Of a DNA stretch of 64,000 bases, positions 27,560-37,307 are shown piece after piece. This DNA comes from an uncultured Actinomycetes bacterium. GTDB taxonomy: Bacteria; Actinomycetota; UBA4738; HRBIN12. Both the position numbers and the translations under genes were made by a program. Numbering within the stretch: position 1 is the stretch's first letter; every line of letters begins with the position of its first letter. The stretch is taken from NCBI GenBank assembly GCA_963705545.1, contig CAVPJX010000004.1, forward strand, positions 207,418 through 271,417, in the 5' to 3' direction. The notes beneath the pieces were generated by a model that worked only from the letters and a program-made list of their open reading frames with translations, was not told where the DNA came from and searched no databases.

Positions 27560-28428
27560 GCACGACGACGGTTCGTGCCGGCCAGGTGATCGCCGGGGTC
27601 CGGACGCTCCCCGCGACCGTCCGGCGCGTCTCCGCGGACGCGGCGGACACCTACACGTTCTGGTCCACCTTCGACGACCCCGATGCGCGACGGGCGTTCA
27701 CGTTCCTCCCGGGACAGATCGACATGGTCGGCGTCTTCGGGATCGGCGAGGTGCCGATCAGCGTGTCGTCCGATCCCGCCCGACCGGCGTACCTCGCGCA
27801 CACGATCCGGGCGTGCGGTCGCGTCACGAACGTCTTCGCGGGGCTCCGCACAGGTGACCGGATCACCGTGCGCGGCCCGTTCGGGCGCCCCTGGCCCGTG
27901 GCGAAGGCGTACGGGGGGGACCTGCTCATCGTGGCGGGTGGGCTCGGCCTGGCCCCGCTGCGCTCGGCCGTCTACGAGGCTCTGCGCCATCGCGAGCAGG
28001 TTCGACGCGTCGTCCTCGCGATCGGAGCCGGAGACCCGAGCCAGGTGCTCTACCGGCGACAGCTCGAGATCTGGCGTCACCGGACGCGATTCGAGAACCT
28101 CGAGATCCACCTGACCGTGGATCGCGCGGACGTCGCGTGGCCCTATCGCGAGGGGCTCGTGACGACGCTCCTGCCGGAGATCGCGCTCGCTCCGCGGTCG
28201 ACCACGGTCTTCACGTGCGGCCCGGAGATCATGATGGTCTCGGTGCTACGGGAGCTCGAGCGCATGGGGGTGCCCCGGGAGCAGCTGTGGCTCACGATGG
28301 AGCGCAACATGCACTGCGCGGTGAAGCTCTGCGGGCACTGCCAGCTCGGTCCGTGGTTCGTGTGCGCGGACGGCCCGATCTTCCGCTGGGACGAGGTCCG
28401 CGACCTGATCGAGGTGGCGGAGCTGTGA
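27556..28428 (+). CDS. hyhG: group 3b [NiFe]-hydrogenase gamma subunit (FAD/NAD(P)-binding, 2Fe-2S)
   Basis: 290 aa. Ferredoxin-reductase-type fold (LLIVAGGLGLAPL) and C-terminal CAVKLCGHCQLG...C cluster. GTGA overlaps on both sides. Confidence 0.8.
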   Translation: MSTTTVRAGQVIAGVRTLPATVRRVSADAADTYTFWSTFDDPDARRAFTFLPGQIDMVGVFGIGEVPISVSSDPARPAYLAHTIRACGRVTNVFAGLRTGDRITVRGPFGRPWPVAKAYGGDLLIVAGGLGLAPLRSAVYEALRHREQVRRVVLAIGAGDPSQVLYRRQLEIWRHRTRFENLEIHLTVDRADVAWPYREGLVTTLLPEIALAPRSTTVFTCGPEIMMVSVLRELERMGVPREQLWLTMERNMHCAVKLCGHCQLGPWFVCADGPIFRWDEVRDLIEVAEL

Positions 28429-29255
28429 GCGCGCTGGTGGGGTTCGCGGAGGGGACCGTCGCGCCACCGCCTGCCGCCAAGCCACGGGTCGCCGTCTTCA
28501 AGATGGCGTCCTGCGACGGCTGCCAGCTCCAGCTGCTCGACGCGGAGGAGGCGCTGCTCGAGCTCGCGGGCGCGATCGAGATCGTGAACTTCGCGGAGGC
28601 CACGTCGCGCGACGAGCCGGGGCCCTACGACGTGACGCTCGTGGAGGGTTCGGTCTCGACCGAAGAGCAGATCGAGCAGCTCCAGGCGATCCGGGCGGCG
28701 TCGACCTTCCTGATCACGATCGGGGCCTGCGCGACCTCGGGCGGTGTCCAGGCGCTCCGCAACGGGCACGACCTGGGCGAGACGATCCGATACGTCTACC
28801 CGACGCCGGCGTTCGTGGCGTCGCTCGCCGACTCCACGCCGATCGCCGAGCACGTCCCGGTCGACCTCGAGCTGACAGGATGCCCGGTCGATCGCGGCCA
28901 GCTGCTCGCCGCCCTCGCCTGGCTGCTTCAGGGTTCGGTGCCCCGACCGCCGACGACCCCCGTCTGCATCGAGTGCAAGCGGCGCGGCTACGTCTGCGTC
29001 GTCGTCGCCAAGGGCGAACCGTGCCTCGGCCCGGTGACGCGGACCGGCTGCGGCGCCCTGTGCCCCGGCATGGATCGCGGCTGCTACGGGTGCTTCGGTC
29101 CCTCGCAGCCGCCGAACACCGAGGCGCTCGCGCGCCGGTTCATCGAACTCGGGATGTCGCCGTCGATCGTCGCGGAGAAGTTCCGCTTCATCACCGGGTA
29201 CGCGCCGGCGTTCCGCGAGGTCGCGGACCGGCTGGAACGGGAGGCTCCAGCGTGA
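28425..29255 (+). CDS. hyhS: group 3b [NiFe]-hydrogenase small (delta) subunit
   Basis: 276 aa. MASCDGCQ, GACATSGG, GCP and distal Cys clusters CIECKRRGYVC...CLGPVTRTGCGALCP. Confidence 0.85.
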   Translation: MSALVGFAEGTVAPPPAAKPRVAVFKMASCDGCQLQLLDAEEALLELAGAIEIVNFAEATSRDEPGPYDVTLVEGSVSTEEQIEQLQAIRAASTFLITIGACATSGGVQALRNGHDLGETIRYVYPTPAFVASLADSTPIAEHVPVDLELTGCPVDRGQLLAALAWLLQGSVPRPPTTPVCIECKRRGYVCVVVAKGEPCLGPVTRTGCGALCPGMDRGCYGCFGPSQPPNTEALARRFIELGMSPSIVAEKFRFITGYAPAFREVADRLEREAPA

Positions 29256-30550
29256 CCCACCGCTCGGTCGAGGTCCCGGTGATCGCCCGCGTCGAAGGCG
29301 AGGGCGCGCTCCACATCACGGTCGAGGACGACCTGATCGTCGACCTCCGGCTGCAGATCTACGAGCCTCCGCGCTTCTTCGAGTCGTTCCTGCGGGGGCG
29401 GCCCTACAGCGACGTGCCCGACATCGTGCCGCGGATCTGCGGGATCTGCCCGGTCGCGTACCAGATGAGCGCCATCCACGGCCTGGAACGCCTCTTCGAG
29501 GTCGAGGTGTCCGACGGCACGCACGAGCTCCGGCGGCTCCTGTACTGCGCCGAGTGGATCGAGAGCCACATGCTCCACGTGCACCTGCTGGCCGCGCCCG
29601 ACTTCCTGGGGTTCGACAGCGCGATCGAGATGGCGCAGCGCGGCTTCAAGGCGGAGGTCGAGCGGGGCCTGCGGATCAAGCGGCTCGGCAACGACCTGCT
29701 CGCGATGATCGGCGGCCGGGAGATCCATCCCGTCTCGCCGGTCGTCGGCGGGTTCTCGAAGGCGCCGCGGGCCCACGACCTGCGGACGCTCGCGCCGCGG
29801 TTCGAGGACGCGATCGCGGAGGTGCTGGAGGTCGCGGACTGGGTCGGGACGCTCGAGCATCCGACGTTCCCCCGCCCGGCCGAGCTCGTGGCGATGGTGC
29901 ACCCGGGCGAGTACCCGATGAACGAGGGCGACATGGCCTCGACCGCGGGCCGCTCGTGGACCGCGGATCGCTACGAGGACGTGACGCGAGAGCTCCACGT
30001 CGAGCACTCCAACGCCCTGCACTCCGTGTTCGTCGACACCGGCGAGCCCTACTTCCTGGGACCGCTCGCGCGGCTCAACCTGAACGAGGCGACGCTGACG
30101 CCCGCCGCGCGCGACGCCGCACGGCGGGCCGGCCTGACGGCGTTGCCGGAGCCCGATCCGTTCGCGTCGATGGCGGCGCGCGTGGCGGAGACCGCGCTCG
30201 CGCTCGAGGAGGGCTTGCGTCTGATCCGGGGCTACGACCCGCCCGAGCCGGCTCGGGCGCCGGTCCGTCCGAGGGCGGGGCGCGCGACGTGGACCACCGA
30301 AGCACCCCGCGGGACGCTCTACCACCGGTACGACGTCGCCGACGACGGGTCGATCCTCGAGGCGAAGATCGTGCCGCCCACGTCGCAGAACCTCCGGCAC
30401 ATGGAGCGCGACCTCCGGGGGTTCCTGCCCGACGTGCTCGACCGTCCCGACGACGAGCTCACCCGCCTGTGCGAGATGGTCGTGCGCAACTACGACCCGT
30501 GCATCTCGTGCGCCACGCACTTCCTGCGGGTTGACGTCGAGCGCGTTTGA
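29252..30550 (+). CDS. hyhL: group 3b [NiFe]-hydrogenase large (alpha) subunit
   Basis: 432 aa. N-terminal Ni-binding RICGICPVAY, C-terminal DPCISCATH, then a 9-aa extension (FLRVDVERV) that would be removed by the endopeptidase. Confidence 0.9.
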   Translation: MTHRSVEVPVIARVEGEGALHITVEDDLIVDLRLQIYEPPRFFESFLRGRPYSDVPDIVPRICGICPVAYQMSAIHGLERLFEVEVSDGTHELRRLLYCAEWIESHMLHVHLLAAPDFLGFDSAIEMAQRGFKAEVERGLRIKRLGNDLLAMIGGREIHPVSPVVGGFSKAPRAHDLRTLAPRFEDAIAEVLEVADWVGTLEHPTFPRPAELVAMVHPGEYPMNEGDMASTAGRSWTADRYEDVTRELHVEHSNALHSVFVDTGEPYFLGPLARLNLNEATLTPAARDAARRAGLTALPEPDPFASMAARVAETALALEEGLRLIRGYDPPEPARAPVRPRAGRATWTTEAPRGTLYHRYDVADDGSILEAKIVPPTSQNLRHMERDLRGFLPDVLDRPDDELTRLCEMVVRNYDPCISCATHFLRVDVERV

Positions 30551-30557
30551 GGTCGCC

Positions 30558-31031
30558 GTGCCGCGCGTCCGGGTGATCGGTTGTGGGAACCCCGACGCCG
30601 GGGACGATGCCGTCGGGCTCGTGGCGACGGACCGGGTGCGCGATCGCGTCGCCCCCGACGTCGAGGTCGTGACGGCTCCGACCGCGCTGCACGTGCTGGA
30701 CCTGCTCGAGGGCGCGCGCTCGGTGATCCTCGTCGACGCGGCGCGGACGGCCGGGGGCGAGCGTCCTCCCGGAACGATCGTCCGAGCCGAGGCCGGGCCG
30801 GACGGCCTGCCGGTCGGGCTCCGATCCTCGCTCTCCTCCCACGGGCTGGGGCTCGCCGAGGCGATCGGTCTGGCCGCGGCGCTGGGCGGCGGACCCCGTG
30901 TGGTGTTCCTGGGCGTCGAGGTCGGGGACGTGCGGGCGGGGCGCGGCCTGTCGCCGGCGGTCGAGGGCGCCCTCGCTGGCCTCGTCGACGCGATCGTGGA
31001 CGAGGCCGCCGCGGAGGAGGCGACGGCGTGA
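30558..31031 (+). CDS. hydrogenase maturation endopeptidase (HycI/HoxW family)
   Basis: VRVIGCGNPDAGDDAVG ... LVDA ... SSHGLGL motifs. GTG 30558 is chosen (TTG 30531 is an alternative). The stop overlaps the hypF GTG. Confidence 0.75.
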   Translation: MPRVRVIGCGNPDAGDDAVGLVATDRVRDRVAPDVEVVTAPTALHVLDLLEGARSVILVDAARTAGGERPPGTIVRAEAGPDGLPVGLRSSLSSHGLGLAEAIGLAAALGGGPRVVFLGVEVGDVRAGRGLSPAVEGALAGLVDAIVDEAAAEEATA

Positions 31032-33302
31032 GGACCTCGACGCGCGAGGCGCGCCGGATCGCCGTCCGTGGCGTCGTGCAGGGGGTGGGGTTCCGGCCGT
31101 TCGTGTGGCGCCTCGCCGATCGATACGGCGTCACGGGCTGGGTCCGCAACGCGGACGGCGTGGTGGAGATCCACGCGGAGGGGACGGCGGACGGGCTGGA
31201 CGCGTTCGCGGCCGATCTCCTCGCCTCGCCGCCGCCCCTCGCCGTCGTCGACGACGTGGCCTGGTCGGTCGCGCCCCTCGAAGGGCACGCGGAGTTCGCC
31301 GTCGACGCGAGCGTGTCCGGCGCGGGCTCCGAGCGGCTCGTCCCGCCCGACGTCGCCACGTGCTCCGCCTGCCTGGGCGACCTGTTCGATCCGCAGGACC
31401 GCCGGTTCCGCTATCCCTTCGTGAACTGCACCGATTGCGGGCCGCGGTTCACGATCATCGAGCGCGCTGCCGTACGACCGGGCGCGCACCTCGATGCGGG
31501 CGTTCCCGATGTGCGACGAGTGCCGTCGCGAGTACGAGGACCCGTCGGATCGCCGGTTCCACGCCGAACCGGTCGCGTGTCCGGCGTGCGGCCCGCGGGT
31601 CGAGCTCCGCGACGGCGATGGTCGCTCCTCGCCGACCGGCGACGTGATCGACCGCGTCGCCGCGCTCCTCGCCGACGGCGCCATCGTCGCGATCAAGGGC
31701 CTCGGTGGGTTCCACCTCGCGTGCGACGCGACCGACGCACGTGTCGTCCGCCGGCTCCGCGGGCGGAAGCGGCGGCCGGACAAGCCGTTCGCGGTGATGG
31801 TGCCTGACCTGGACGCGGCGCGCGCGTGGTTCGAGCCGACGACGGCCGAGGAGGCGGCGCTCGGGTCGTGGCGCGCTCCGATCGTCCTCGTGCGCGACCG
31901 CGGCCGGCTGGCGGCCGGCGTCGCCCCGGGCCATCGACGGTCCGGCGCGATGCTGCCGGCGACGCCGCTGCACCATCTGCTGCTCCGGGCGGTCGACGGA
32001 CCCCTCGTGATGACGAGCGGGAACGCGGCCGACGAGCCGATCTGCATCGCGAACGAGGAGGCCCTGGAGCGCCTGGCGGGCGTCGCCGACGCCTTCGTGC
32101 TGCACGACCGGGACATCGTGGCGCGGTACGACGATCCGGTCGTCTGGGTCCGGCCGGGCGACGACCGTCCGTCGGTCGCCCGGCGTGCTCGGTCGTTCGC
32201 GCCTTCGGCGTTCGAGCTCGCGACGCCCGCGCGCGAGGCGGTCCTCGGCGTCGGGGCCGAGCTCCACGGCGCGTTCTGCCTGGCGGCGGGCTCGCGCGCG
32301 TTCCTCTCGCAGCACCTCGGCGACCTGGACAGCGAGGAGGCGATGGCCGCGTTCGGCGTCGCGCTCGACCGGCACCGCGCGATCTTCGGAGTCGATCCGA
32401 CGCTCGTCGCCCACGACCGGCATCCCGACCTGCTGACCACGAGGTTCGCCGAGTCGCTCGGCCTGCCGGCCGTCGCGGTCCAGCACCATCACGCCCACGT
32501 CGCGGCGACGATGGCCGAGCACCGGCTGGACGGGGAGGTGCTCGGCGTCGCGTTCGACGGGCTCGGGCTGGGCGACGACGGCGCGATCTGGGGCGGGGAG
32601 CTGCTGCGCTGCAGCGCCGCGACCTCCACCCGGATCGGGCGCCTCCGCCCGGTCCGACAGCCGGGCGGCGACGCCGCCACGCGCCACCCGTGGCGCATGG
32701 CGCTGGCCTTCGCCGCGGCCGTCGGGATGCACGACGAGGTCGCGTCCCGGCTGGGCGTCTCCGACGGCGAGGCCGCGATCGTCCGCGGCCAGCTGGACTC
32801 CGGCCTCGCGGCGCCGTGGACCAGCTCCGCGGGGCGGCTGTTCGACGCCGTCGCCGCGGTGCTCGGCGCGTGCCGCGACGCGACCTACGAGGGCCAGCCC
32901 GCGATCTTGCTCGAGCAGCTGGCCTCCGGGATCGCGCCCGAGCCGCGCTACCGCGTGCCGGTCGAGACCGTCGACGGCTTGATCGAGATCGACACGCACG
33001 ACCTGTTCGCCGCGCTCCTGGCCCGTGCGCGCGAGCCGGCTCCGGCGACCGCCGCCTGGTTCCACGCCGTCCTCGCGGAGGCCACGGCGCGGGCCTGCGC
33101 GCTGGCCCGGGAACGCACGGGGCTCGACCGGGCGGTCCTCGGCGGGGGCGTCTTCCACAACGACCGGTTCACCACCGAGCTGGTGCGCCGGTTGACGGGA
33201 ACCGGCTTCCGTGTGTTCCTACCCCGGGACGTGCCGGTCGGTGACGGGGGGATCGCGCTCGGCCAGGTCCTCGTCGCGACCGCGCGCAGGGAGGCGAGCT
33301 GA
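31028..33302 (+). pseudogene. hypF: carbamoyltransferase HypF, frameshifted as sequenced (one extra nt near 31463-31466)
   Basis: Acylphosphatase domain (RIAVRGVVQGVGFRPFVWRLA) and zinc fingers. The frame of 31028 reads ...CGPRFTIIER. The conserved continuation LPYDRARTSMRAFPMCDECRREYEDPSDRRFHAEP... is in the +1 frame from 31467. Length 2275 nt = 3n+1. Confidence 0.85.
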
Positions 33303-33303
33303 G

Positions 33304-33585
33304 ATGTGTCTCGGGGTTCCGGGCAAGGTCACCGAGGTCTTCGAGGAGGACGGGATCCGGATGGGGACGGTCGACTTCGGCGGGATCCAACGCAAGGCCT
33401 GCCTGGAGTACGCGCCGGAGGTCGGGCTGGGTCACTACGTCGTGATCCACGTCGGGTTCGCGATCAGCGTGGTCGACGAGGAGGAGGCGGCTCGGTCGTA
33501 CGCCCTGCTCAAGGAGATGGACAACCTCGAGAACATCGACCTGCCGCAGGATCCCGACGGCGTCCGTCCGGAGGCGATCGCGTGA
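33304..33585 (+). CDS. hypC: hydrogenase assembly chaperone HypC
   Basis: 93 aa starting with the invariant MCLGVPGKV. Confidence 0.9.
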   Translation: MCLGVPGKVTEVFEEDGIRMGTVDFGGIQRKACLEYAPEVGLGHYVVIHVGFAISVVDEEEAARSYALLKEMDNLENIDLPQDPDGVRPEAIA

Positions 33586-34689
33586 GGTACCTCGACGAGT
33601 ACCGGGACGACGACGTCGCGCGGTCCCTGCTCGACGAGATCGGGCGCGTGACCACGCGGCCGTGGACGATCATGGAGGTCTGCGGCGGGCAGACGCACAC
33701 GCTGATCCGCCAGGGGATCGATCAGCTCCTGCCGCCGAACGTCGAGCTCGTGCACGGTCCGGGATGTCCGGTGTGCGTCACGCCCGTCGCCCTGATCGAC
33801 GAGGCGATCGCGATCGCGACAGCGTCCCGACGCGATCCTCTGCTCGTTCGGCGACATGCTCCGCGTCCCGGGCTCGTCCGAGGACCTGTTCCACGCGCGG
33901 GCGGCGGGGGGTGACGCCCGGGTCGTGTACTCGCCGCTCGACGCGCTCGAGGTCGCGCGGCGCAACCCCGACAAGACGGTCGTGTTCTTCGCCGTCGGCT
34001 TCGAGACGACGGCCCCGGCGAACGCGATGGCCGTCCGCCAGGCGAAGCTCCTGGGCGTCACGAACTTCGCGCTGCTCGTGGCCCACGTCCTGGTGCCCCC
34101 GGCGATCATGGCGATCCTGGTGTCGCCGGGGAACCGCGTGCAGGGGTTCCTCGCACCGGGGCACGTCTGCGCGATCCAGGGGTGGCGCGAGTACGAGCCG
34201 ATCGCCCGGGACTTCGGCGTCCCGCTCGTCGTCACCGGCTTCGAGCCGGTGGATCTGTTGGAGGGGATCCGCATGCTCGTCCTGCAGCTGGAGCAGGGCC
34301 GGGCGGAGGTGGAGAACCAGTACGTGCGCGCCGTCCGGCGCGACGGGAACCCGGCCGCGCTCGCGGTCGTCGACGAGGTGTTCGAGGTCGCGGATCGCGC
34401 GTGGCGCGGGATCGGCGTGATCCCCGGGAGCGGCCTGCGCCTGCGCGAGGCGTACGCGGCGCACGATGCCGAGCTGCTGTTCCCGCGGGCGAGCGGCGTG
34501 CCCGCGAGCGAGTCGGAGGTCTGCATCGCCGGCGACGTCCTGCGTGGGCGCGCGAAGCCGCACGACTGCCCGGCGTTCGGGACGCTCTGCACGCCCGAGA
34601 CGCCCCTCGGCGCGCCGATGGTCTCGACCGAGGGAGCCTGCGCCGCCTACTTCCTGGCGGGCCGGACGCGCCAGGAGGCGCCGGCGTGA
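33582..34689 (+). pseudogene. hypD: hydrogenase maturation protein HypD, frameshifted as sequenced (one extra nt near 33817-33822)
   Basis: The N-terminal frame has EVCGGQTHT and [10 protein letters not shown] up to ...DEAIAIA. The conserved [19 protein letters not shown]... continues in the +1 frame (ORF 33856..34689). Length 1108 nt = 3n+1. Confidence 0.85.
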
Positions 34690-35757
34690 GCGACGTCGAG
34701 GCGCGCGAGATCCGGGGGTTCGCGATGCGGTGTCCGGTGCCGCTGCCTCCGGGCGCCTCCGTCCTGCTCGGCCACGGGAGCGGCGGGAAGCTCACGCAGC
34801 AGCTGATCCGCGACCTGTTCATCCCCGCCCTCGGGGCCGACCCCGAGCTCGCGCGCATGGGCGACGCGGCGATCCTGCCGCTGCCCGACGGCTCCCGGCT
34901 CGCCTTCACGACCGACGCGTTCGTCGTGACGCCTGCGTTCTTCCCCGGCGTCGAACATCGGCGAGCTCGCCGTGAACGGAACGGTGAACGACCTCGCGAT
35001 GATGGGCGCGGAGCCGCTGGCACTGTCGGCCGCGCTGATCCTCGAGGAGGGACTGGCCTTCGAGCGGCTGGGAGCGATCGTGGCGTCGATGGCGGACGCG
35101 TGCGATCGCGCCGGCGTCCGTCTCGTCACCGGCGACACCAAGGTGGTCGAACGGGGGGCGGCCGACGGCGTGTACATCACGACCTCGGGGATCGGGCTGG
35201 TCCCGTCAGGGGTGGAGGTGGGGCCGGAGCGGGCGCGACCCGCCGATCAGGTCTTGGTGACCGGGCCGATCGGCTCGCACGGCGTGGCGGTGATGTCGCG
35301 CCGCGCCGGGATCGCGTTCGAGACCGACGTCGTGTCGGACTCCGCCCCGCTCACGTCCGTCGTGCGCGCGATGCTGGCCGCCGGCGACGTGCGATGCCTA
35401 CGCGACGCGACCCGAGGCGGTGTGGCGAGCGTCCTGAACGAGCTCGCCGAGGCGAGCGAGGTCTCGATCACCGTTCACGGGACCGACGTCCCGGTCCTGC
35501 CCGGCGTGTACGCGGCATGCGAGATGCTCGGGCTCGATCCGCTCTACGTCGCGAACGAAGGCGTCGCCGTGGCGATCGTCGCTCCTGGGGACGCCGAGGC
35601 CGTCCTGGCGGCCGCCCGTTCGGATCCGCTCGGCGTGGATGCCCGTGTGGTCGGCGAGGTCGGCGAAGGGCCGGCCGCGGTCCGGGTGCGCACCGGCCTC
35701 GGCGCCACCCGGCCGTTGATCATGCTGGCCGGCGACCAGCTCCCCCGGATCTGCTGA
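34686..35757 (+). pseudogene. hypE: hydrogenase maturation protein HypE, frameshifted as sequenced (one extra nt near 34947-34951)
   Basis: The frame of 34686 reads ...LLGHGSGGKLT...FVVTPAFFPG. The conserved SNIGELAVNGTVNDLAMMGA... follows in the +1 frame (ORF 34972..35757) and ends in the HypE-specific PRIC. Length 1072 nt = 3n+1. Confidence 0.85.
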
Positions 35758-35760
35758 CCG

Positions 35761-36108
35761 ATGACGTCCGATGAGCGTTTCATGGAGCTCGTCGCCGACG
35801 CCGTCGAGGCGCTGCCCGACTGGGTCCACGATGTGATGGACAACGTGGAGATCTTCGTCGAGGACGAACCGCCCGACGACGACCCGAACCTGCTGGGCCA
35901 CTACGAGGGCGTCCCGCTCGCGTCGCGTGGGACGAACTACTTCGGCGTCGTACCCGACCGGATCACCCTGTACCGGAGCACGATCGAGGCGGAGGCGCGG
36001 GGGCGGGAGGACCGGCTCGCGCGGGTGATCGCGCACACGGTGGCGCACGAGGTCGCGCACCACTTCGGGATCGACGACGATCGGCTCCACGAGATCGGGG
36101 CCTACTAG
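35761..36108 (+). CDS. small metallopeptidase-family protein (HExxH, zinicin-like)
   Basis: 115 aa with AHTVAHEVAHHFG. Confidence 0.7.
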   Translation: MTSDERFMELVADAVEALPDWVHDVMDNVEIFVEDEPPDDDPNLLGHYEGVPLASRGTNYFGVVPDRITLYRSTIEAEARGREDRLARVIAHTVAHEVAHHFGIDDDRLHEIGAY

Positions 36109-36111
36109 TCC

Positions 36112-36597
36112 GTGTCAGACTACTTGGGGGCGCCGGACGCTCGGGACGAGCGGCTGATGGGCCGCGCCCTCGAGATGGCGCGCAGCTGCGCGCCCTCGGG
36201 CGACGTTCCGGTGGGATGCGTCGTCGTCCGCCGCCGTGACGACCGGGAAGACCTCCTGGCCGCGGCCGGCAACCGACGGGAGGCCCTCGGCGATCCGACC
36301 GCGCACGCCGAGATCCTGGCGCTCCGTGCGGCGGCCGAGGCCGCGGGAGCCTGGCGCCTGGACGGGTGCGAGCTCTACGTGACGCTCGAGCCGTGCGCGA
36401 TGTGCGCCGGGGCGATCGTCCTCGCCCGGGTGGACCGGGTGGTCTTCGGGGCGACGGATCCGAAGGCGGGGTTCGCCGGATCCCTCGGCGACCTGCTTCG
36501 CGACGAGCGTCTGAACCATCGGGTCGAAGTCACCGGCGGGGTCCTCGCCGACGAGAGCGGCGAGCTGCTGCGGGCGTTCTTCCGCGAGCGTCGTTGA
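36112..36597 (+). CDS. tadA: tRNA adenosine(34) deaminase
   Basis: 161 aa. Deaminase motifs HAEILALR and TLEPCAMCAGAI. Confidence 0.9.
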   Translation: MSDYLGAPDARDERLMGRALEMARSCAPSGDVPVGCVVVRRRDDREDLLAAAGNRREALGDPTAHAEILALRAAAEAAGAWRLDGCELYVTLEPCAMCAGAIVLARVDRVVFGATDPKAGFAGSLGDLLRDERLNHRVEVTGGVLADESGELLRAFFRERR

Positions 36598-36605
36598 GGT
36601 CCGGG

Positions 36606-36995
36606 CTAGCGGGAGAGGCGTTCCTGGATCGCGTCCGTGATCCGCTGGCACACGTCCGGCATCTCCTGGCGCATCGTCTCGAACTCGCGCGGCGCCATCA
36701 CGATCGCCGTCAGCGGCGTCGCCGCCGTCACGGTGGCCGTCCGCCGTTCGTGCTCGACGAGCGCGATCTCGCCGAAGAAGTCCCCGGGCCCGAGCTGCGT
36801 GATCGTGTCGCCGCCCTTCGTGACGTCGGCGAGGCCGTGCTCGATCACGAAGAACTCGTGCGGGAGGCGACCCTCGCCGAGCAGCTGGTAGCCGGCCGGG
36901 ACGTCGACCTCGTCGGCCCAGCGGGCGATCCGCTCACGCTCGTCCTTCGAGAGGTCACGGAAGAGCGGGAGCTCCTCGAGTCGCTTGGCGTCCAC
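36606..36995 (-). CDS. cyclic nucleotide-binding domain protein
   Basis: GTG 36995 is preceded by GGAGGAGG. LFRDLSKDERERIA ... GDFFGEIALV...RTATVTA is the cNMP-binding signature. The longer ORF to 37337 would run through two tRNA genes. Confidence 0.8.
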   Translation of the reverse strand: MDAKRLEELPLFRDLSKDERERIARWADEVDVPAGYQLLGEGRLPHEFFVIEHGLADVTKGGDTITQLGPGDFFGEIALVEHERRTATVTAATPLTAIVMAPREFETMRQEMPDVCQRITDAIQERLSR

Positions 36996-37064
36996 GGTCC
37001 TCCTCCTTCCCGGGTCCGGGCATCGTGGCACGGACGGGGTGTCCGGCGCCACCGAGGCCGTTGC

Positions 37065-37070
37065 TAGACT
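37065..37070 (+). promoter_or_regulatory. candidate -10 hexamer TAGACT for tRNA-Ser(CGA)
   Basis: 7 nt upstream of the tRNA 5-prime end. Confidence 0.45.
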
Positions 37071-37077
37071 CGCCGGC

Positions 37078-37167
37078 GGAGGCGTGCCGGAGCGGACGAA
37101 CGGGACCGCCTCGAAAGCGGTTAGGGGTCTAATCCACCCCTCACAGGTTCGAATCCTGTCGCCTCCG
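37078..37167 (+). tRNA. tRNA-Ser (anticodon CGA)
   Basis: Acceptor GGAGGCG/CGCCTCC, anticodon stem ACCGC/GCGGT with loop CUCGAAA, long variable arm, T-loop GGTTCGAATCC. Confidence 0.9.
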
Positions 37168-37258
37168 CAAGACGTCGTCCCGTGCGCGGCGTCCAGCGCA
37201 CGACGCCGAGGGCCGGCCGCCCAGATCCGATCGGCCGCGGCGGCGGCCGATGTCACCG

Positions 37259-37294
37259 GAGACCGGGTGGCGACGGCGGTCGCCACCGGGTCTC
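37259..37294 (+). terminator. 16-bp (15 paired) hairpin between the two tRNA-Ser genes
   Basis: GAGACCGGGTGGCGAC-GGCG-GTCGCCACCGGGTCTC. It abuts the TAGAAT box of the next tRNA, so it could be a terminator for the upstream tRNA or an operator. Confidence 0.4.
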
Positions 37295-37300
37295 TAGAAT
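37295..37300 (+). promoter_or_regulatory. candidate -10 hexamer TAGAAT for tRNA-Ser(GGA)
   Basis: 7 nt upstream of the tRNA 5-prime end. The TCTAGAATC context is the same as at 5704. Confidence 0.45.
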
Positions 37301-37307
37301 CGTCCGC

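Noticed and set aside
29252-30550. Possible [NiFeSe] hydrogenase large subunit
   Set aside because: The C-terminal motif is DPCISCATH, with both positions encoded as Cys, and the gene has no in-frame TGA.
29084-32440. 1118-aa minus-strand ORF. Others of the same kind: 39272..41308, 47512..49530, 51151..53205, 59414..61006, 22922..24922.
   Set aside because: All lie antisense to genes with clear conserved motifs (hyhL/hypF, dnaX, asd, FAR, cyclase, leuC) and translate to Arg/Pro-rich nonsense.
34686-35757. Possible selenophosphate synthetase (SelD) that would support the selenoprotein call
   Set aside because: It belongs to the PurM-like fold, but it ends with the HypE-specific PRIC motif, lacks the N-terminal Cys/Sec-Lys SelD motif, and sits in a hypC-D-E operon.
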